From: Candidatus Kuenenia sp.
GTDB taxonomy: Bacteria > Planctomycetota > Planctomycetia > Pirellulales > UBA1268
NCBI GenBank assembly: GCA_038144795.1
Contig: JAYQOK010000001.1
Location: 2,085 to 66,084, forward strand
Direction: 5' to 3'
DNA length: 64,000 nt
Below the pieces are notes generated by a model. It was not told where the DNA came from. It saw only the letters and a program-made list of their open reading frames with translations, and searched no databases. This document shows, piece by piece, positions 31,536 through 41,018 of the stretch (its first letter is position 1; every line of letters begins with the position of its first letter). A program made the translations under genes and the position numbers.

Positions 31536-31702
31536 GGCGACGCTGAATCTGTGCAGTTGTTTTCCCTCCTTCATTCCTACGGCTTTCTATGAACCTTCTT
31601 TCACGTGAAGCCACCGTTGCTGCCCCTGGCTTCAATCGATGGCTCGTGCCTCTCGCCGCCGGATTCCCAGGAGTTAGGGTTTCGCCCTCTGGCTCTGCCC
31701 CC

Positions 31703-31731
31703 AGGCGGCTCTCCTAGAGAGAGAGCCGCCT
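31703..31731. terminator. perfect 11-bp stem / 7-nt loop hairpin between convergent genes
   Basis: AGGCGGCTCTC-ctagaga-GAGAGCCGCCT. Overlaps the TAG of the minus-strand oxidoreductase gene and lies about 170 nt after dcp. No U-tract on either strand. Confidence 0.4.
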
Positions 31732-33169
31732 ACACCATCGAGGGAACCACGTAGCCTTCACGGTAGTCCCGCTTGAGGAACCGATTGGCCTGGGCCGCAG
31801 CCGTTCCAGTGAACTGGCCACGCGCCTGATCGATCTCCAGGATTGGGCTTGCCAGGATCTCACCGCCGTTGAGATCGAGGCCATGGGCTGCGAGCATCGT
31901 GCTCACCTCGTCCGTCAGCCCGGCCATCTGCGGGAAGCCGTCCTTGATTGTGTTGGGATGAAAGCGGCTGCCTGCCCGGAACGCGATGTTGGCAAGATTG
32001 CACCAGCCAGTCGAATCGTTGCCCACTGCCACGTCAGCGTTGAGCAGCGAGGCGTCACGTGCCCGTACAGCATCGATAAAGTTTTTCTGATGCACGTGAT
32101 CGCCGTTGTTTCCCTTGAAGCGGCGGATCTCCTTGCCGGCGGCATCAAAGGCCGCACCATGTCCACGCTGCCCCTCGTAGCGGCCTCCTTCGCAATACGC
32201 GATGTAGCCACTGCCGGGACCAGGATGACGAGGGCTCTTCTTGCCTTCCGGCGTGGCGGCGATGTTGGCCAAGTGAATGCTCACCGGAATCGAACCGGTA
32301 TCGAAGTGCACCATGTGTACGTTGGGCGTTTCGCCGGCGTCCATCCAGGCCACACGGCCGCCAAGGCCCTGAATCCGCTTGGGCAGCGCCACACTGTCCT
32401 GAAAGACGACATTGCGAACATCGTCGAGCACATGCACACCCCAGTTCCCCATCTCACCAGAGCCGGTGTTCCAATCCCAGTGCCAGTCGTACTGCAGCTT
32501 GTCGCGGTAGATCGGCCGATCCGCCGCTGGCCCAAGCCAGAGGTCGTAGGCCACATCCCTGGAGCTTTCCAGCGGCGCGTCCCGCTTGCCGATCGAGGCC
32601 CGCACGCCGAAGCGGTTCACCCGCGCTGAGAGGATCTCGCCGAGTGCCTTCTCCTCATGGAGAAACTTCTTGATCTCCGCCTGCATTGGATCGGACCGCT
32701 GCTGGGTGCCGATCTGGCAGATGCGGCCGAGCTTACGGGCAGCGGCGACGGTCTGCTCGCCTTCCCACTGGCTGTGCGAAAGTGGCTTCTCTACATACAC
32801 ATCCTTGCCGGCTTGCATCGCCCAGATCGCAGCCAGGCAGTGCCAGTGGTTGCAGGTGGCGATCACGACCGCGTCGATTCCATCGTCCTCGAGCAGGTCA
32901 CGAAGATCGGTCCAGGTGCGAGCCTTGGGAAAGCGTTTGCTGGCCAGCCGCAGTCGCTGCTCGTCCGGATCGCAGAGGCCGCCGATGGTCACGCCCTCAA
33001 TCTTCTCAAAGGATCCCATCAGGCCACCCGCGCGGCCGCCGCAGCTGATAAAGCCAATGTTGATCTCCTCGTTGGCGTTGGCCGCCCACAGGGAGCGGGC
33101 AGGCGTTGCCAGGGCCACTCCTCCGATGAACCCCGCCTTCAACAGATGACGACGTGAGATGCCTGCCAT
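31730..33169 (-). CDS. Gfo/Idh/MocA family oxidoreductase with a Tat signal
   Basis: ORF 31730..33376. Met70 gives MAGISRRHLLKAGFIGGVALATPA followed by the INIGFISCGGRAGG Rossmann motif and a EKPLSH motif. Confidence 0.85.
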   Translation of the reverse strand: MAGISRRHLLKAGFIGGVALATPARSLWAANANEEINIGFISCGGRAGGLMGSFEKIEGVTIGGLCDPDEQRLRLASKRFPKARTWTDLRDLLEDDGIDAVVIATCNHWHCLAAIWAMQAGKDVYVEKPLSHSQWEGEQTVAAARKLGRICQIGTQQRSDPMQAEIKKFLHEEKALGEILSARVNRFGVRASIGKRDAPLESSRDVAYDLWLGPAADRPIYRDKLQYDWHWDWNTGSGEMGNWGVHVLDDVRNVVFQDSVALPKRIQGLGGRVAWMDAGETPNVHMVHFDTGSIPVSIHLANIAATPEGKKSPRHPGPGSGYIAYCEGGRYEGQRGHGAAFDAAGKEIRRFKGNNGDHVHQKNFIDAVRARDASLLNADVAVGNDSTGWCNLANIAFRAGSRFHPNTIKDGFPQMAGLTDEVSTMLAAHGLDLNGGEILASPILEIDQARGQFTGTAAAQANRFLKRDYREGYVVPSMV

Positions 33170-33623
33170 GCTTTTGATCCTTGTCGACGACGGACGGTTG
33201 AAACGCGCACTCCCGAAACATGGCATAGCGCCAGTGTCCCGGCTTGCCGAAAAGCCTATCTCGCCTTCAGCGGCAGTGCCACAGCGACTGAAAGTCGGGA
33301 GGGGTTGGCGTTTGCCCGAGTGGGCCCCCTGTCGACGTCCCCTGCCCCGCTGGCTTCGTGGATCCATCAGGCACACCCATCCGCAACTGGCTGCTGCTCA
33401 CTGCGTGGCTCTGGCTCATCGTCACTGGCGCACATGGGGCGGAAGCCGAAGGCGATCGTGATGGAGGTGTGCCTCAAACGACTCCTGTCCACTGTCGCAG
33501 GCTCACGCACCTGGTCAAATCAGCTGAGAACCACCCTCGTGACTGCGCCGGCATGTGGCAGATTGTGTAGGTTACTGGTGTTCACCCTCCGTTCGCACCA
33601 CTCTCGGAGCCCTTGGCCTCATC

Positions 33624-34580
33624 ATGGTCGTACCTCGTCTGTTCACCGCCCTCGCGTTCGCCGGCGTGCTTCTCTCCGGCACGGCCGCCGCCACTGAGTC
33701 CGCGCGAATCGTGATGATTGCCGGCGAGCCGAGCCACCCGTCTGGTCAACATGAGTTCAACGCTGGCACGATCCTGCTCGCACGGGCTCTCAGTGAACAG
33801 AGCGGGCTACCGCTCAAGGTCGATGTCGTGCACAACGGCTGGCCTGAGGACGAGTCGATCCTCGAGGGTGCCGCGGCGATTGTGATCTACTCCGACGGAA
33901 ATGACCGACACCCCACCTTTGGCCATGAGGAGGTCATCGACCACCTGACAGGACAGGGTGTGGGGCTGATGTGCATGCACTACGCCGTCGAGGTGCCGGC
34001 GGGCCCGCGCGGCGCGATGTTCAAGAAGTGGATCGGCGGCCACTACGAGGCGGGCTTCTCCTGCAACCCGCACTGGACGGCCACCGTCACCCCCACTCCC
34101 GAGCACGCGATCGCCCAAGGCGTGTCCACATTCAAGGCCAACGACGAATGGTACTACCGGATGCGATGGGCGGAGCCAGAAACTGCTATCGGCCTCCTCA
34201 CTGCCACGCCCACACGGGAGCGGATCAACCGTTACATCCACTGGACGCCTGTCGGCGAGGAGGCCCTCGAAAGCACGCAAACCCTGATGTGGGCAGTGGA
34301 GCGGCCCGACGGTGGCCGCGGTGTTGGGTTCACTGGTGGTCACTGGCACCGCAACTGGGCAGTCGACAACTTCCGCACCCTGGTGCTCAATGCGATCGTG
34401 TGGACTGCCAAACTCGACGTTCCCGAAGGCGGTGTGCGTTCGCAGCCTGTCAGTGAACGGCAACTCAACGAAAACCTCGACTTGAAAAAGATGATGGTGC
34501 ACGTGGACCTGCCGTCGGAGGCCGATCTGACGCAGCCCGCCGCCGAGCCGGTCGAATTCCGCTGGCCTGGGAAGCCGTAA
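33624..34580 (+). CDS. ThuA domain-containing protein (secreted)
   Basis: ORF 33555..34580, start at Met24 (signal peptide). ARIVMIAGEPSH...IVIYSDG...MCMHYA and GGHWHRNW...FRTLVLNAIVW resemble PVC ThuA-like proteins. Confidence 0.7.
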   Translation: MVVPRLFTALAFAGVLLSGTAAATESARIVMIAGEPSHPSGQHEFNAGTILLARALSEQSGLPLKVDVVHNGWPEDESILEGAAAIVIYSDGNDRHPTFGHEEVIDHLTGQGVGLMCMHYAVEVPAGPRGAMFKKWIGGHYEAGFSCNPHWTATVTPTPEHAIAQGVSTFKANDEWYYRMRWAEPETAIGLLTATPTRERINRYIHWTPVGEEALESTQTLMWAVERPDGGRGVGFTGGHWHRNWAVDNFRTLVLNAIVWTAKLDVPEGGVRSQPVSERQLNENLDLKKMMVHVDLPSEADLTQPAAEPVEFRWPGKP

Positions 34581-34592
34581 GCTCAGGATCCG

Positions 34593-34623
34593 CCAGCCTG
34601 TTGCACGCCCTGCGACAGGCTGG
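34593..34623 (+). terminator. hairpin immediately downstream of the ThuA gene
   Basis: CCAGCCTGT-13 nt-ACAGGCTGG (9-bp stem) starting 13 nt after the stop codon. Weak T-rich trailer (TTATT). Confidence 0.35.
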
Positions 34624-35119
34624 TGCAGTTATTGCGACACCGCATTGCAGTCTGTCTTGGTTCAGCGTCAACCGGAATCGCGTGGGCAAGGCCGAGGAAC
34701 TCGCCAAGCAACCGGCTGTCGGTGCTCAGGGCAGATGGTCGAATTTTAACGCCAGATCGGGGGGCGGTGAAAACGACTTTATCCACAGCCTGCTCGCTCA
34801 ACCACGCCCGTCTGCCCAGGGAACGATCCGATATGCGGTCTCCAAGACTCACGAAGCGATCTCGAGCCACCGGCACGAGGATGCTCGACGCTGAAGACCT
34901 CTTGTTCACCATGCAACCACGTGGAAAGCGTCGTTTTATGGCTTTCCCGCGATCCGTAAGCGGATCCCGGGACGTGACTAGGTTGTAGAAATGTGCCATA
35001 ATTCATGGGGATCTGGTGGCAGAGACAAAGTTGCCGCTCGTGTGCAGTGTTCGGTTCGATGCACTGCACAGCCCCTCGGATGACCTTTTCGACTTCGCAG
35101 CGGCGGCCCTTCATCCAAT

Positions 35120-38100
35120 ATGCATTTCTTCGTTCGACTTGCCGTCGCCTGCGTATGGATTGGCGTGTCGGCTGCGCCAGTGACTCGGGGGCAGACGGTT
35201 GAAGAAGCCTCGGCCGAATCGCTGAAGTTTTTTGAGACTAGCATCCGACCCGTGCTGGCACAGAAGTGCTACCGTTGCCACAGTGACGAGAAGGTGAGCG
35301 GCGGGCTGAGAGTCGATCACATCAGCACCCTTGTGAAAGGAGGTGATTCAGGACCCGCACTTGTACCGGGAAAACCAGACGCTTCATTCATGATCGAACT
35401 TGTGCGCCGCGTTGATCCCGACTACGCCATGCCACCCGATGAGAACGATGCACTGTCGACACAACAGCTTGGCGACTTCGAGCGATGGATTGGGATGGGC
35501 GCCCCGTGGCCAGAGGCGGATGTGGCTGCCGCTGTCGAGCGGGATGAAAACGGCTTCACCGCGAAGGACAAGGCGTGGTGGGCCGTGCAGCCTTTGGCTG
35601 ATGTTGTGGTGCCGGCGGGAGAATCGGCGTGGATCAGAAACGACCTTGATCGGTTTGTCCTGAAGAAGCTTGACGGTCTCGGACTCACTCCAGCTGTGGC
35701 CGCCGAGGCGAGCGAACTACTGCGACGCATCCATTTCGATTTGGTGGGCGTGCCTCCTAACCCCGAGCGACTCGCGTCTTTTTCAGATGCCTATGCCAAA
35801 GCTCCGGATGCCGCCGTGGCCGCCGAGGTGGACCAACTGCTCGACGATACGCGATACGGCGAGCGATGGGCACAGCATTGGCTCGATGTGGTCCGCTATG
35901 CCGACAGCGACGGCTACAACGCCGACGGCTATCGGCCAGACGCCTTTCGGTATCGCGACTATGTGATTCGCTCATTCAACGAAGACAAACCATACGACAC
36001 ATTCGTCCGTGAGCAACTTGCGGCCGATGAGTTTGCGGCCGATGACCCGGCAACCTTGATTGCCACGGCGTTTCTTCGGAACGGCGTTTACGAATGGAAT
36101 CAGCGCAATGCCGAAATGCAGTGGGACCTCATTCTCACGGAAATGACCAACGTCACAGGAGAAGCCTTTTTAGGCGTTGGGGTGGGGTGTGCCCAGTGCC
36201 ATGACCATAAGTTCGACCCGATTCTGCAGAAGGATTACTACGCACTGCAATCCTTTCTCAACAGCACATGGTGGCCGGAAGACCATTTCCTCGCGACCCC
36301 GGAGGAACGGGACGGCTACAAAACCCAACTCGCAGCGTGGGAAAAGGCGACTCAGGACCTTCGAAAAGAGCTCGATGCGCTCACAGGTTCGTACTACAAG
36401 AGTTCCCGGGAGAACGCTGCGAAAGTCTTTCCGGAGTCAGTACGGGAAATGTATGCAAAAGACCCGATGGCTCGGACGGCCTACGAGGAGCAGATTGCAC
36501 AGCTGGTCCAGCGACAGGTCGATGCAGCGATCCGAACGCTTGACTTCAAAAAGAAGTTTGAAAAAGACAAAGACAAGCTTGAGCAGTACCAGCGCCTGAC
36601 CGAAGACTTGGCAAGGTTTGACAGTCTTAAGCCCAAGCCGCTGCCGACGGGCTTTATCGCAACGGACGTTGGACCGAACGCAGCCAAAACCTTTTTTTCA
36701 AAAAAAGGCGGCAGAGTTGCCGTCGAGCCTGCTTTTTTCACATTGCTCAACCTGCCGGTTCCAACGATCACACCGACGGCACACACAACGGGTCGGCGAT
36801 TGGCGCTGGCCAACTGGATCGCCAACAAGGACAACCCGCTCTCCACTCGCGTCATCGTCAATCGTCTCTGGCAGCACCACTTCGCCACAGGACTGGTCAA
36901 GACCCCAAATGACTTCGGCCGCTTGGGTGAACTGCCAAGCCATCCGGAACTGCTTGACTGGTTGACCCGACAGTTTCTTGCGGGGGGATGGAAGATGAAG
37001 CCGCTTCATCGTCTCATCATGACGAGCGGCACCTACCGTCAGACCGCACGGCGAGAGCCCGGTGAGAAAGAAGTTGCCGCTGATGCAGGCAACCGGTTCC
37101 TCTGGCGTTATCCACCGAAGCGACTCGATGCCGAGCAAATCCGTGATTCCATGCTTGCTGTCTCTGGCGAGTTGAAGCCACTTGCTGGAGGGCCTGCAGT
37201 GGATGGTTCTGCAACGAACCGAAGCGTTTACGTCAAGAGACGTCGCAACACGAAAGATCCTATGATCGGCGGATTTGATGCACCCCTGTGGTTCGCGTCG
37301 GAACCCGATCGCCTGTCCACGACAACTCCGCTGCAGTCGCTCATGCTCGTCAACGGCGACTTTCCACGACAGCGGGCAGTTGCCTTTGCCCGACGCATTC
37401 TCGGCAACAGACATCAGATAGACAATGAATCGATTCAGGGTGCCTATCGGCTTGCCTACGGACGTGAGGCTGCGGCAGCAGAAATGACTGCCGCAATCGA
37501 GTTTATTCATTCACAAAGTGCGCTCGTCCCCTCCTCCGACACGGGGGTCGACAAATACCCGAATGAAACCGGCCTCCGACCGACGTCACAGGTTTTTCGG
37601 GATGGTAATAGGCTTGGTCTTGGGAAAACCTCTCTCTGGATTCAGCCCGAGAGTCGCTTTGAGCGTCTCTCCTTCGACGGTGTTTCGTTCCCCGCAGATG
37701 GGTTCACCATCGAAGTCGTTGCGAACCTTGACCGGCTCTATGCCGATGCGTCTGTGAACACCCTCATCAGCCAGTGGAATGGGAGTCCGCAGGCCTCCGG
37801 CTGGAGCTTTGGTGTCACCAGCAAACAATCCGCCTACCAGCCAGCGAATGTCATCGTGCAACTGGCCGGCTCCACCTTCCAGAATGAACCGTTTTATGAA
37901 GTGGTTGTCTCGAACCTCCGCTTTCCCCTCCAGAAGCCCATGTATGTTGCGGCGGCCATCTCGGCAAAGCCGAGCAAGGATGACGTGACGAAAGGGTGCG
38001 TCACCTTTTATTTGAAGGAACTCGGGAATCCTGAGGCGACCCTTCAAGCCGAAACGGTGGAGCACCAGGTTGTGGGCGGACTTGATGCGGCCAAGGCGTT

Positions 38101-38401
38101 TCAGGCAATTCTCGGTGGTCGTGACGGGACTCGTGGGCATCTCTGGGATGGGCAGGTCGGCCGGATCGTGGTCAGTGCCGGCGTGCTCCCTTCGGACCAA
38201 CTCTTCGTCCACGGTGGAACAGGCGGGCCCCGGCTTTTGGACTGGAACTTTTCAGGTGATGACGGTGAGCATCCCGCTCCGAACACAGCGTGGATACGAG
38301 AGCGTCAGCAGCGTTCGGGTGTTCCAGAGGCAGTTCTCGGCGCCGTGACCGATTTCTGCCAGACGCTGCTCACGTCCAATGAGTTTCTTTACTTGCACTG
38401 A
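35120..38401 (+). CDS. DUF1549 + DUF1553 (PSD1-type) protein with an N-terminal CxxCH motif and an inserted LamG/concanavalin-like domain
   Basis: CYRCH at 35267..35281. LLRRIHFDLVGVPPNPERL...DTRYGERWAQHWLDVVRYADS. CAQCHDHKFDP. NPLSTRVIVNRLWQHHF. An insert of about 190 aa (about 37640..38210) of LamG-like character precedes the family C-terminus LLTSNEFLYLH. Confidence 0.88.
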   Translation: MHFFVRLAVACVWIGVSAAPVTRGQTVEEASAESLKFFETSIRPVLAQKCYRCHSDEKVSGGLRVDHISTLVKGGDSGPALVPGKPDASFMIELVRRVDPDYAMPPDENDALSTQQLGDFERWIGMGAPWPEADVAAAVERDENGFTAKDKAWWAVQPLADVVVPAGESAWIRNDLDRFVLKKLDGLGLTPAVAAEASELLRRIHFDLVGVPPNPERLASFSDAYAKAPDAAVAAEVDQLLDDTRYGERWAQHWLDVVRYADSDGYNADGYRPDAFRYRDYVIRSFNEDKPYDTFVREQLAADEFAADDPATLIATAFLRNGVYEWNQRNAEMQWDLILTEMTNVTGEAFLGVGVGCAQCHDHKFDPILQKDYYALQSFLNSTWWPEDHFLATPEERDGYKTQLAAWEKATQDLRKELDALTGSYYKSSRENAAKVFPESVREMYAKDPMARTAYEEQIAQLVQRQVDAAIRTLDFKKKFEKDKDKLEQYQRLTEDLARFDSLKPKPLPTGFIATDVGPNAAKTFFSKKGGRVAVEPAFFTLLNLPVPTITPTAHTTGRRLALANWIANKDNPLSTRVIVNRLWQHHFATGLVKTPNDFGRLGELPSHPELLDWLTRQFLAGGWKMKPLHRLIMTSGTYRQTARREPGEKEVAADAGNRFLWRYPPKRLDAEQIRDSMLAVSGELKPLAGGPAVDGSATNRSVYVKRRRNTKDPMIGGFDAPLWFASEPDRLSTTTPLQSLMLVNGDFPRQRAVAFARRILGNRHQIDNESIQGAYRLAYGREAAAAEMTAAIEFIHSQSALVPSSDTGVDKYPNETGLRPTSQVFRDGNRLGLGKTSLWIQPESRFERLSFDGVSFPADGFTIEVVANLDRLYADASVNTLISQWNGSPQASGWSFGVTSKQSAYQPANVIVQLAGSTFQNEPFYEVVVSNLRFPLQKPMYVAAAISAKPSKDDVTKGCVTFYLKELGNPEATLQAETVEHQVVGGLDAAKAFQAILGGRDGTRGHLWDGQVGRIVVSAGVLPSDQLFVHGGTGGPRLLDWNFSGDDGEHPAPNTAWIRERQQRSGVPEAVLGAVTDFCQTLLTSNEFLYLH

Positions 38402-38428
38402 GGAAGGCCTCTCCTGTAGTGATTGCCC

Positions 38429-39856
38429 ATGAGTTGCAACCGAATCGATCATCCCCAAAGCCGTCGTGAGTTTCTCGCGCGTGCTGGCTCCGGGTTTGGC
38501 TTGCTGGCGCTCTCCGCGATCACTGGTGAGCGGCTCGTCGCAGCAGGCCAAGCCTCCACAGCGTCAGCAACCATTCCCGACCGTGTCGGGCGGGCGAAGA
38601 GTGTGATCTGGCTCTTCATGGAAGGTGGTCCGAGCCACATCGATCTGTTTGACCCCAAGCCGGAGCTCGACAGGCTCCACGGCCAGCGGTTGCCCGACAG
38701 TTTTGAGCTTCCGGTGTTGCCGATGGGAGAGACCACTGCGCCGCTGATGAAGAGCCTCCGAACCTTTCGACAGCATGGAGCAAGTGGCCTCTGGATCTCC
38801 GACTGGTTTCCCCATCAGGCAAAGGTCGCCGATGACCTGTGTGTCATCCGGTCATGCGTGTCAGACGGCATCAATCACGCCGGAGGCGTGTGTCAGATGA
38901 ATACCGGTGCCGTCTTCGGTGGCCGTCCCTCACTGGGATCGTGGATCTCCTACGGACTCGGAACCGAGAATCGGAGCCTGCCTAGTTTTGTCGTGATTAA
39001 AGACTCCAATTCGATGGTTGTGAATGGTGCCAGGGCCTGGGGCTCCGGCTTTATTCCCGCGGTCCATCAAGGCGTTCTCTTCGAGCAGGGCAACGAGCCC
39101 ATCAAATTTCTCAATAACCCGAAGGACACCACGAGTATCCGGCAGCAGCGAAAGCTTGAGTTCCTCGAGCAGCTGAATCAGAGGCATGTGGCGGACCGTG
39201 CCGCGCATACAGACCTTGAGGCCCGCATTCGTAGCTACGAACTGGCGTTCCGGATGCAGGCAGAGGCGCCCGAAGCCATCGATCTCGACAGCGAGCCAGA
39301 ACACATCAATTCGCTCTACGGACTCGATGAAAAGGAGACCGAAACCTACGGCCGCCAGTGCCTCATGGCCCGGCGGCTTGTCGAGCGAGGAGTCCGCTTC
39401 ATTCAGCTCTATCATGGTGCGGGAAGCAAGTGGGACAGTCACACCAAGATGGAGCAGAACCATGGTCGGCTTTGCAGAAATGTCGACAAACCCATCGCGG
39501 GATTGATTCAGGATCTCAAACAACGAGGCCTTCTGGACGAGACCCTCGTCATCTGGGGCGGGGAGTTTGGTAGGACACCCATGAGTGAAAAGGGGGACGG
39601 CCGGGACCACAATCCCACCGGCTTCACCATGTGGATGGCCGGTGGTGGCGTGAAGGGTGGCCAGACGATCGGCAGCACCGATGACCTGGGGCTCTATGCG
39701 GTTGAGGATCGGATGCACGTGCACGACATTCACTCGACGGTGATGGCCCTGCTTGGGCTCGACCACACAAAAGTTGTTTACATGCACAAGGGCCGCCCCG
39801 AGCGAGTGGATTTGAACGAGGGGCATGTCAATCGTGTGATCACAAGCGGTGTCTGA
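38429..39856 (+). CDS. DUF1501 domain-containing protein (Tat signal)
   Basis: ORF 38423..39856 (first ATG at codon 3). SRREFLARAGSGFGLLAL, GGPSHIDLFDPKP, WGGEFGRTP...GRDHN. Confidence 0.88.
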   Translation: MSCNRIDHPQSRREFLARAGSGFGLLALSAITGERLVAAGQASTASATIPDRVGRAKSVIWLFMEGGPSHIDLFDPKPELDRLHGQRLPDSFELPVLPMGETTAPLMKSLRTFRQHGASGLWISDWFPHQAKVADDLCVIRSCVSDGINHAGGVCQMNTGAVFGGRPSLGSWISYGLGTENRSLPSFVVIKDSNSMVVNGARAWGSGFIPAVHQGVLFEQGNEPIKFLNNPKDTTSIRQQRKLEFLEQLNQRHVADRAAHTDLEARIRSYELAFRMQAEAPEAIDLDSEPEHINSLYGLDEKETETYGRQCLMARRLVERGVRFIQLYHGAGSKWDSHTKMEQNHGRLCRNVDKPIAGLIQDLKQRGLLDETLVIWGGEFGRTPMSEKGDGRDHNPTGFTMWMAGGGVKGGQTIGSTDDLGLYAVEDRMHVHDIHSTVMALLGLDHTKVVYMHKGRPERVDLNEGHVNRVITSGV

Positions 39857-39965
39857 GATAGCCCTGGCACATGACGCGATCCCCTGGATACCCGGTTTTC
39901 GTTCTGCTTTGTCTGCTGGTTCCGTTCGGGCCTGCGCTAGGCACGCCACCCGAACGCGAGGGACT

Positions 39966-40334
39966 GCCGCCACTCAGCCCCATCTGGACCGGGCGTTTCG
40001 CGAGCGGGCTCCCGGGGCGGTGTACGTCGTGCCGCGAGCCCGCAATGGAAGCAACCTGGCAACGCACGCCAAGCGGCTGGTTGTGAAGGCGGGCATTGAG
40101 CCGTGGCCGAAGCTCTTCACGAATATGCGGGCCAGCTGCTCCGACGATCTGGAGCGAGCCGGGTTTCCCGAAAAGGCCATCAATGCCTGGATCGGCAACA
40201 CAACCCACCTGCGGCGGCGGCACTACCACGCCGTGCGGCCGGAGGACTGGCTGGCGGCGACCAAAAATCCGGCACCAATTCCGGCACCATCAGGAGCCAT
40301 CAACCCTTCACGAAGCCCGCGAAAAGTCGCTTGA
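39966..40334 (+). pseudogene. 5'-truncated tyrosine recombinase/integrase remnant (C-terminal catalytic region only)
   Basis: PGAVYVVPRARNGSNLATHAKRLVVKAGIEPWPKLFTNMRASCSDDLERAGFPEKAINAWIGNTTHLRRRHYH matches the C-terminal R...(H/N)...Y segment of phage-type integrases. There is no room for the roughly 250 N-terminal residues, because the DUF1501 gene ends at 39856. Confidence 0.6.
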
Positions 40335-40376
40335 CGTCCGAAACGACGCCCAAAATCAGTACCCTCTTTTCAGATA

Positions 40377-40986
40377 ATGCGACGGCAGCCTCCACAAAAC
40401 CTGCAGCCTGCTGACTGTGTTCGCGGACAACTGTGTTGCTGCCTGGCACTCGTTCTCGGCCTCGGAACGGCCTCACTTGGAGCTGCCGCAGAACAGACGA
40501 CTCCGGTGTCGATCGACCCTGCTGAGCAGCCGAACTTCGTCATCGTGGTGGCGGATGACCTTGGGATGGAATGCATTGGCGGCTATGGCGGACGCTCATA
40601 CCAGACACCCCATATCGACCGCCTCCTCGCGGCGGGCATGCAGTTTTCACACTGCTTCTCAAACCCATATTGCTCACCCTCCCGTGGTCAGCTGTTAACC
40701 GGACGGTATCCGCTTCACAATCACCGTCTTTATCTTCACAGCCGATAATGGCACCGACCGCAAACCGTCTATTCCAACATGGATTTACGTCCAAGATCAA
40801 CATCGTCGCCATGTGCGAGATCATCAGTTCATTCTCAGCGACACTGGAGCGATGCGTCCGGTGGTTGAAACCGGCAGGAAATCTGTGCGGCCTCTTGAGT
40901 CACTCACCCCGACCCAGCAAACTGCTCGCATGGCGCTGGCCAAAGCGTTGCAGGATGCTATCAGCCAGACACAGATCACGCCCTGA
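40377..40986 (+). pseudogene. sulfatase pseudogene (internal deletions plus a frameshift)
   Basis: Frame 0 encodes a signal peptide, NFVIVVADDLGMECIGG and the CSPSRGQLLTG signature, then stops at 40748. From about 40714 the +1 frame continues with the mid-sulfatase motif VFIFTADNGT and a short C-terminal remnant ending at 40986. Roughly 200 aa or more of the core are missing. Confidence 0.7.
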
Positions 40987-41018
40987 TATCACAAAACTGT
41001 TTCCGAGGAGTTTTTCGG

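Noticed and set aside
33358-33570. 70-aa plus-strand ORF with a signal-peptide-like N-terminus (NWLLLTAWLWLIVTGAHGAEAEG) in the divergent intergenic region.
   Set aside because: It has a GTG start without an RBS. It overlaps two other equally long ORFs in other frames. The remainder is Arg/His/Cys-rich. I cannot distinguish it from chance in GC-rich DNA.
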